Source: Octopus vulgaris
Taxonomy: Eukaryota
Length of the DNA stretch: 64,000 bases
Assembly (NCBI GenBank): GCA_951406725.2
Contig: OX597826.1
Location: 6,572,001 to 6,636,000 of the forward strand
Direction: 5' to 3'
The notes below the pieces were generated by a model, which had not been told where the DNA came from, ran no database searches, and saw only the letters and a program-made list of their open reading frames with translations. The position numbers and the translations under genes were made by a program. This document shows positions 55,078 to 64,000 of the stretch, in pieces. Numbering within the stretch: the first letter of the stretch is position 1; each line of letters begins with the position of its first letter.

Positions 55078-57011
55078 ATGTGTGTGCATTTATATATATA
55101 TATATACAATATATGTATATACGTACGTGCGTATGTAGATATATGTGTGTATAAGTATATTTATATATGCATTTATGTATACTTACACACACACGCATTT
55201 ATATGGAGAAGTGCACAAGGGCTTGTGTTTGTGTGTGCTCAAACGCTTAGCATAAGGATAGATTGGGTATATGCCATAGAACATTAGTTCATGGCGAACG
55301 GTAAAATGCCACAAGTTATTGACTACTTCACTGACTTCTGGAGCAAGCAATATATCCTTTCATGCTGTATTTTTATGAACATAAAGCATTGTAATTTGAA
55401 GCTACGATTGAAGATCGTGATGAGCTAGTTTGAAATTGCTTCCATGGTAGGAGATAGATGTCGATAGTTTATTATATTTTCAATTGGACTGAACATATTG
55501 CAAGGATAGTGAAATGGCTAGATAGTTTTACGGTTCAGCGATTATCGGAAAAGCTGTGAATTATTCTAAGAAGCAGTGAAGGAACTTTATATGGCAGAAA
55601 TACTGGACAGTGTAGTTTTTCAGGTAAACTTAGCTGCTCAAATATTGAGAATTCTGCTTGATCTTCCATCTGAACCATTTTGTCTATAAGCATGTATTAA
55701 TTTAAGAACTGACGCGTATTCATGTCCGTTAAATATTCATTGCATCAATGAAAGGACAATGTAAAGAGAGAGGATATAGATAGAGTTGCAACGAAACGAT
55801 GAATACTTCTATACATGTATATATGTATGTCTGTATATAGATGGACATAAATATATATTTATATATATATATATATATATATGCATAAATACATATTGAC
55901 ACAACGCTCACATGAATGTACATGTGTGTACTTTGTATATGAGTGCTTGCGTTTATGTATGTATCTATCGATGTAAAAGGTGGCCATTTGTGTGGATTAC
56001 AAGAATACATTTCAGTGAAAAGTGCGTTATCAGATATAATCATCGGATATCGTATCACATGCTTTTTACGTTGAGAAATATGAATAGTGTTCTATTAATG
56101 TTAAAACATCCTTGAAAATGGAAAGAGGAGAAATCAATATATATACATTTATCGTAAGCAGTGGGCATGTAGACGTCGATTTATGATGCGAACTACAAAC
56201 AATATATTACATTTTTCCCTCTTTTCTGAATACTATCAAACTTAAAGTAATTCATTTGACTTACGTAAATGTTATCGACCGATATTCTCTTATCATTAAA
56301 CTTTGAAGAACTTTACAATATTTGAAAAGAGAGTCATGCTTCGTTGAAGGATTGATGTAGCTGTCGAATGTCCACATATCTGTTGGTGTTGTTCTACGAA
56401 ATTTTAATAGAAAACAAAATAAGCATTTGCCTTTTGCTGCAGATTATATAATATATGTACATAAATCTCCATTGCAGTAGGTCATGTGTATGTATCATTG
56501 TCTATTACACCATCTCTTCCCCGAATTTTATTTTGTTTTAATGAGGTCTGAGTGATAAAAAGGCGTGTTGAAACAAGTGGGATTTCAAGTGAAAATTTTG
56601 ACGAGGGAAGAAAGAATTTTGAATATGAACCTGTTACATTGCAGGTATCTTATATCTTATCTATTATATTTATACATAGACTACACACATTCAGAGATGA
56701 ATTTAAATGAAGCTCCAATTTTAAGATAATGTTTTTAACAAATTTAAAGACGGCAGCTTGTCCAATTCATCTACCGTCTGACAAGTATAAAAATCTTACT
56801 TCAAAACTGCCGTTCGATAATTATATATTCTCGTCTAAAAATTATACATACAAATGATTTGCATGGCGAGAATATTATGCTCATGATAAAAAAAAAAAGA
56901 ATCATATTTTAAATTTTGAAATACAAGTTTGTTCTTTCCACATCAAAACTGAATCCCACCCTCTATCACGAGCAATATTCGTGCAATGATTAATTACATT
57001 TGTAGGGAAAG

Positions 57012-57180
57012 AAAGCGGAAAGCTAGCAGAATCATTTAGCACGTTAAGTGAAATATGTAGCGGAATTTCCTCAGTCTGTACAATTTGAGTTCAAATTTGC
57101 CCGTGGTCAGCATTATCCTTCATTTTTTTAGGGTAGAACACGAGCGTCAATTGCTGGTCTAGGGGTAAAATTCGAAACCG
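57012..57180 (+). mobile_element. degenerate Nin/Deu-type SINE
   Basis: GCTAGCAGAATCATTTAGCAC..GAGTTCAAATT..CCTTCAT. Confidence 0.6.
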
Positions 57181-58224
57181 CTATGTGTAAAAGGAAAGCA
57201 AAGGTATAGTACATGTAACAGCCATAGACACTTATTACCAGATGCGTTAGCCCAATTTTACAGCTCTATCTATCTGATAAAGATCACTGGATAAACATTA
57301 ATTCGGACCACTTGATTCTATTTGATACCAGCGGTTTGGTTGCTACCTTTGCATTTTAAATTGCATAGACTGAAGATTCCAATTTTTACACATCCTACCT
57401 TGTGACTGGATGGTGACGTTGATCCTGTGAGGGAGAACAGAATGTATTGACTACTAATAGACTCACAAAAACTAGATTAAAAAAAAACCCAAAGCTTCCA
57501 GGCATAAAAGATGTCTGTTGACTCGTCAATGAGTTCTTCCATTGCCGTTATCTGGTTTCCATCAAGAATCCACATGACAATACGCCGAAAGATGCAATAC
57601 GCAATATATATTATAAAATAAAATGTACGCTGACACCACGGCTGCATACTAAAACAGGATGACAAACGTCTTATGCAAAGTGTCAATATCACTATCAAGG
57701 CAGAGCATCATATATTGAAACATATAAGGTACAAAATTTGATTAATATTTAACAAAGAAATATATCCCGCTTTGAATAAAATTTCAGATACTAACTCTCT
57801 AATAACACACTACAGGTTTGCGCAGGTCAAAAGCTAATCTTATCATTATTTAGCTTAATATACTATCAAATGTATTTTAACAATGATTTCTGAACTCGAG
57901 GTATTCAAATATTCTGGAGTGCCTTTCTTGATCAAGTGTGTGTACACACGAACATACACGTAGCAAAGTATAGACACATCATACTCATAGATGTAATTAA
58001 GCGGGCGCATGCGTGCATGTCTGTCAGTTTGTCTGTCTTATGTTCATTTTCATGTGAGTGGCGTGAGGCAACGAAAACTGCCATTCTCACTGACTGTATG
58101 CGCCAGTTGCGTCCAGAAACCAAAGTGAGAACGTACGTACCACACCATCATATACATAACCATATATAATTCTTTGCATTATACATCGGGAAACATTTTG
58201 CTGCAATATCTCTCAATGGTGGCA

Positions 58225-59041
58225 TTACAAGTTGCTATATCAGCAGCGAATACTGTCAGAGCCAATATTATCACCTGACAGAATATTTATGCAATTAGTG
58301 AAAATGAGGATTGTCAAACAAGACTCTTGCACTCGAAGTGTAGTGGATTTCTAAGCGCAGTCGCCTTGTTCGTCTCACTGAAATGTGGAATATAGCTATT
58401 ATCTTTGCACATCACATAAAACACGGGCTTGCACTAAGAGACAGAATGATTAAGCCGAGACTTTGTATTCAGCTTTGAAAGAAAGTGATACGAAGGCAAT
58501 AATTTTCTACTTAGCAGATTTGTTTGCACATGTCAAACAAGATATTGCAAGGGTGAAATGCTACTATTCTGGAATGTATCGAGAAAGTATGCGTCTTTAT
58601 AATTAAATTAATCCTCTAGAAAATACATTTGCCACAGAATAACTTTGCTTTCTTTTGCAAGTTGGCCAAAACCTATCCTACCTCAAAAGACATTGCAAGC
58701 AGTGCGAACTGCTTGCAGAGCTTGAAAGAAGACATGAATACTTCTTTAACTGAAAGAAAACAATCTATTGATGGCGAGAATTGAAAACGAAGGACTGATG
58801 GGATTTTTGGAAGTAAAATCGACCAATTGAAAAGATAGGCGATTTAAGCTTAAAATTCTACCAAGATTTGGAAGTTGAGTTGAACATGGCGATAGCAAAA
58901 CAGCAAAAGTACTAAAGCATTAAACAAGTTTTCTATTTTCTACGCAATTTTCTAAATATAGAAGTTCAGAAAGTTTCAACTTCAGCGTGTAGGCCTCGAA
59001 TTTTTTCTGGGCTTCAGAGAAAACAAGTTTAGGAACCACTG
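58225..59041 (+). mobile_element. hAT (Charlie/Buster-type) transposase remnant with right TIR
   Basis: WISKRSRLVRL (cf. EVRWLSKG), IFYLADLF, LQG, QSLKEDM; terminus GTTTAGGAACCACTG. Left boundary uncertain. Confidence 0.75.
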
Positions 59042-59084
59042 ATATATAAAACGGAACCAACAAATCTATGAATAAAACTATTTG

Positions 59085-59571
59085 AATGAAACGAACCAGA
59101 GGGATAGATCGAGATGAACAGTGGATCCTGCAAGACGGGGCCAGACTTCCATGCATCAAACGACTCCGTAGCCTGGCTGAGAGAGCGACTTCAGGAGAGA
59201 TTGATCAGCAGGAAGTGTGACGTTGAGTGGGCACCGCATTCACTGGACTTGAACCCCACCAGATTTTTATCTGTGTGAGTATTTCAAGGATAATATTTAC
59301 CAGAACAATCCTCAAATGATTGGTGAACTGAAGGCAGCAATCACAGAGAAATGAGGAAAGTTTCCAAAGAGCAAAATGTTTGAGTAATTGACAATTTTTA
59401 GCGACATATGCCATTTGGAGCATGTTTTGAAAAGAACATTACTTTTATGGAAAGGGAATGATCGTACACACCGAAATTTAAGTTAAGCAAATTTCAAGAA
59501 ATTTGGTGGATCTTCGTAGGATTTAATAAATATTTTATGGGATCTGGGGGTTTTTTGAGGGGGGGGTCACC

Positions 59572-59574
<3 letters not shown>
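59085..59574 (+). mobile_element. Tc1/mariner DD41D-type transposase 3' remnant with TIR
   Basis: WILQDGA..WLRERLQERLISRKCDVEWAPHSLDLNPPDFYL; 41 residues between the two Asp after correcting two 1-nt frameshifts. Ends GGTCACCCTT followed by TA. Confidence 0.82.
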
Positions 59575-59632
<58 letters not shown>

Positions 59633-59679
59633 TATGAATAAAAAATGGAGTTAACGCAGGTGAAATCAAATATTTTTTA

Positions 59680-59763
59680 CTTTCGACACATGTTTCGAAA
59701 ATTCCACTGATACTATTCAAAAGAATAAATGGTATAAACAATGCAATCTTCTCTTCGGGAAAG
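59680..59763 (-). ncRNA. type-I hammerhead ribozyme, long stem II, U4C variant
   Basis: CTTTC-CCGAAGA-GAAGATT...AATTTTC-GAAA-CATGTG-TC/GAAAG; GUC cleavage triplet. The flank AAATGGAG..AACGCAG is shared with 16023-16040. Confidence 0.78.
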
Positions 59764-59967
59764 TGAAAAAAACGAAACTCGTCAATAAGGCATTTTAGCA
59801 AAAAATGATGGATTTGTATAGCGATAGACAGAACGCTATTAATATTGCTTTAAAAAAACGTTATATGATATAACGTCGTAAGTAGCTAACAGAAACAGTA
59901 GGGATATTAATAGTGAATGTTAAATTTTTTTTCCGCGTTAATTGTTAACAAGGTAAAAATACACTCA

Positions 59968-60035
<68 letters not shown>

Positions 60036-60038
60036 CAT

Positions 60039-60730
60039 ATTAGCTGAGGTACCCTGTAAAAAATTGCCGTTAATAAGGTGTCTGTTTATTACTATGAAGC
60101 ATTTTTCGTCGAATTTCAGCATTTTTCAAAAATTTTAAATCTATAGTAATGGGTGGGACAAATTTGACGTAATAATGAGCAGAGTCTGGTAGCGAACTCG
60201 TGTCGTCATTCTTGAGCATGTACGTAAAATGGCAAAAGTTTACGCTTTGGGGCAGATATCGTGAAATTGATGTTACGATGGCTAGTGTGCAAATTGCCTA
60301 AATTTTGCTTGAGAAATAAAATGGTCTTACCTAACAAAAACCTGAAAAGCTGGGGAATTAAACCAACAAATTGAAATAATAAGTTTTAACAAATCAAAAC
60401 AATTCGCATTGAAATGAAGAATTAGCAAATGCTAAATAGACAACCGTTAATAAGATGTCTGTTTATACCCAAGAGATAATTTTCGTCAAATTTCAGCATT
60501 TTTCGTCAAATTAATGCCACAATGTCTAGTGCGAAAAATGCCGAAATTGTACGATGTTTGAATAATCGATGCTGATTAAAAATCGATTTTTAAAAAATTC
60601 CAAGTTCGTAAATGAGCGCATGGACATAAGCCCAATACACGTGTCAAGTTTCATCAAGGTCTGTTAGATAGCTTCGGAGGAGTTAAATTAAAAATTTCAC
60701 AAACGCACGAACTTTCTATTTAATATTATT
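60039..60730. mobile_element. possible non-autonomous Helitron-like element with internal direct repeats
   Basis: Begins ATTAGCTG..TACCC; ends CAAGTTTCATCAA..GGAGGAGTT..CACAAACGCAC. ~60-bp repeat at 60067-60127 and 60444-60503. Confidence 0.4.
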
Positions 60731-60732
60731 AC

Positions 60733-60793
<61 letters not shown>

Positions 60794-61504
60794 TTATTCA
60801 CAGATTTGTAAAACGGCTTATCAAAATCTTCGGAAAAACTATATATATAAACATACACATATATGTACGCATATATATACATACATACATATATATATAT
60901 ACTTGGAAATAGAACAGAAATAGCAATTTTTATTTCGGTTCTATTTCAAAAAAATGGTCCGAGGAACGGGAACGAAAAGATTCCGAGTAACAGCTTCTGT
61001 TATATTTCCGGTGCTTTTAAATAAAGCATATTAATCTACCTCTGGTATTTGAGTACTCTTTTTCCACCTAGTTTCACATATATGTGCTTACTCCGGTATA
61101 TATATATGCATACATGCATGCATACTTACATACATATACAGACAAACATGCTGCCAGCGAAAGAATGAGAGTAACCTAAATAGAAACTAATAATGTACAA
61201 AAGTACATAGATTACTGTGTGCAGGAAAAAAAAACATCGAATGCAAGAGATTTTTTTTCAATGACAATTCATAGCGTGCAAATAAAGCTGAAATATAATA
61301 TAACTTCATTAAAAAAAAATCCATGTTTCAGATATAATCTTTTGTTATTTGCAAATATTACGTATATAAAATTCGGTGATGATATTTACGTATCAGCTTT
61401 TATGTTTTTCTGACTCAACAATAGCAATCACATAACAAAATGGTTGCCGTTGTAATTTAATTAAAAGTAAATTAGTTTCTAATATCATATTGATAGCATA
61501 TTGC

Positions 61505-61894
61505 TTATCACAAGTCTCAAAATTTCGGGGAAGGGGACCAGTACGCATCTGGTACATAATTTATCGAACCCGTAAGGATGAAAGGCAAAGTTGACATCGG
61601 CGGAATTTGAACTCAGAATGTAAAGACAGAACGTAAGCATTTCGCCCGGCGTGCTAACGTTTCTTATTTCTTTACTGACCACAAGGGGCTACACACTGAG
61701 GGGACAAATAAGGACAGACAAACGGATTAAGGATATTATATTGACCCCAGTGCGTAACTGGTACTTAATTTGTCGACCCCGAAAGGATTAGAGGCTAAGT
61801 CGACATTGGCAAAATTTGAACTCAGAACGTAGCGGCAGACGAAATACCGCTAAGCGTTTCGCCCGGCGTGCTAACGGTTCTGCCAGCTCGCCTT
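61505..61894 (-). mobile_element. dimeric Nin/Deu-type SINE
   Basis: Reverse complement of the 292-525 unit followed by a second unit restarting in the tRNA head. Confidence 0.9.
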
Positions 61895-62319
61895 ATATTG
61901 AAAGCATTCTTATTGACATTGTAGCGTCACTCCATGTTGAATATATGGTCGTTCAGACCTTTGATCAAATGTATTTTGGTCCGGGCAATAGAATTCTTTT
62001 AGAAATATGCATCATCTTCTTCCGCAATGTATCCTATATATCAGCTATAATGTCTGATTTGAAGCTCATTTGCCTGCGATATCTATGAGATAAAGGGACT
62101 CGGAATAGACTCATCGAGTCTAAGTGTTTCAATTAACGGGATGTAGTTTAAGACACTGTTCAATGCATAAACTTCCAATACATAAATTTGCCTGTTTGCT
62201 ACTGTAATTGAAAAGTGAGTGCCAATGCAACAGGACATTAGGTTTTGAATCTACTCCCAAGCCCACATCTGCAAGATAATTAATTTCTACCATTATATAT
62301 GACACAACGTATATATGTA

Positions 62320-62404
<85 letters not shown>

Positions 62405-62422
62405 GTATATATATATATATGT

Positions 62423-62469
<47 letters not shown>

Positions 62470-62545
62470 TAGATGTAGATAAATGTAAGATCTAGGGTGT
62501 TGACAAAGCTGCGTGGCGTTCGATTAGAAATAAATAAATAAAAAA

Positions 62546-63528
62546 CATTAAGTACAGGGCATCACCTATGAAATAAAATACGTAAACGCACGTGAGATAA
62601 ACACAGGACAAAGCAATCACAATAAGTACAGGACATCACCAACGAGCTAAAAATGCGAAAATACGCGAGAGCAAAATGCCAAAAGAAGATAACCCGATCC
62701 TAATTTGTCGACTGGTTTACTATACCCTATTACGTTCTTTTAACGAAAAGATAGGAAAACCTCATAAGACAGCAGCATTCACAAAAATTTAAAATATAAA
62801 ATTTGTGGAGAGTTAAGGCTTAGAACGAACAAATAACAACAGATTGGACGTACAAAGTAAACAATCGTTACATTTATATATAATTTCTGTGACTCCACAC
62901 TCTGTTATATTTCTTCCCATCTATCCCTCTATAATCCTCTATATTTTCCTTTTATCCACCGCTTCTTTGCTGACTTCTTTCTACCCATTCCTATAATCTT
63001 TCGTTTCTTTCCCTTCTCTTCACTCCTTTTGTTTCTTTCCCCCACCCCTCTGCCTGTTGCTCACACGTGACTACAGGCCATTTCTCTCGCCCCTATCTTT
63101 TCAGGACAAGACGTCCACCAGGCTGGAAACTGTTTCTCTCGCCTCCCAACATTTTTCTCTTCTACTATTTTTTCTATTCTATTTATTCTATTTCCTTTAA
63201 AGATTTCTTTCAGGCATGGCCCATTACAATTCGCCTTGACCTAACGGCGCTTAATGTTTGTTTCCGTCGATTGTTTATTTTGTACGTTCACTCCGTTGTT
63301 TTAGTTGTTGTTTATTCATTCGAAGCCGTAACTCTCCACAAATTTTTAAGATATCTAGATACTGCTGCCTTATGAAGTGTTCCTATCTTCTCGTTAAAAG
63401 CGCGAAATAGGGAGCAGTAAAACAGACGACAACTGATGAGCGAGTTATCTTCTTTTAGTATTTGTCCTGTACCCATCTCTCATGTGTTTACGTATTTTTC
63501 ACTTGTTGGTGATGCCCTATACTAACTG
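62546..63528. repeat. diverged long inverted repeat (62546-62867 / 63268-63528), Penelope pLTR-like
   Basis: AAAATTTGTGGAGAGTTAAGGCTT versus AAGCCGTAACTCTCCACAAATTTT; TTTTAACGAAAAGATAGGAA versus TTCCTATCTTCTCGTTAAAA; flanked by microsatellites. Confidence 0.85.
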
Positions 63529-63560
63529 TATATATATATATATATTTAATATCGTGGAAT

Positions 63561-63615
63561 CCTATGCTGTAGAGGAAAATGTTCATACCGAGTTAATTCG
63601 GAACGCGTCCATAGG
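63561..63615 (+). ncRNA. degenerate type-I hammerhead motif
   Basis: CCTATG-CTGTAGA-...-GGAA-CGCG-TC/CATAGG: perfect 6-bp stem I, palindromic CGCG, two core substitutions. Confidence 0.6.
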
Positions 63616-63809
63616 TAATCAAATACCAAGTGAATTTCGTTATTTTTCCTTTCTGTCTATGTGGGTTGTTTCGAGTGTTTTTGTTTTGTTCGGGAGTCTC
63701 TTCTTATAGTAGAAGAAATAGCTAAGATTCTTTGGCTGCTATTTCTAAACTTCGGGATGTGGCAAAGCAAATCTTTGCTGAACTCTAATTATAATTATAC
63801 TCGTAATTA

Positions 63810-63858
<49 letters not shown>

Positions 63859-64000
63859 GAATATATATTGTTGTATAATCCTATTCCAAGTATCACAGAA
63901 AGACAAAAGGACTGTGGACAACAAGAGGAAGCACATGGAAGAAAGTGTCGGTGAAGAGGTCACAAGATGCGTGACGAAAGAGCTTTGACAAAGAAACTAA

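Noticed and set aside
57477-57698. ORF with LRR-like ILDGNQIT
   Set aside because: Single short motif with no convincing splice sites or neighbouring exons.

Overview
AT-rich, repeat-saturated eukaryotic non-coding DNA. It is most likely octopus, inferred from the tRNA-derived SINE families and the extreme (TA)n/(GATA)n/(TTA)n/(TTC)n load. I can support no intact host protein-coding gene; most supplied ORFs are translated microsatellites or transposon debris. The window holds many SINE copies (Nin/Deu-domain type, CORE type, tRNA-Arg-head type), decayed non-LTR retrotransposons (R4/Dong, RTE, L1/Tx1-like, CR1-like, Penelope-like), a miniature Gypsy-like LTR element, and DNA transposon remnants (mariner DD34D, maT/DD37D-like, DD41D, hAT, a MITE, a possible Helitron). 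The main signal not visible in the ORF track is about a dozen type-I hammerhead ribozyme motifs, several with intact cores. They sit mostly in short unique cassettes bounded by (TA)n arrays, including a ~195-bp inverted repeat with one ribozyme per arm and a Penelope-like element 3' end. This suggests a diverse population of Penelope-derived, microsatellite-associated self-cleaving mini-elements. Two retroelements (an RTE and the Penelope-like element) show twin-priming-type 5' inversions. All calls were made by eye; boundaries of decayed elements are approximate.
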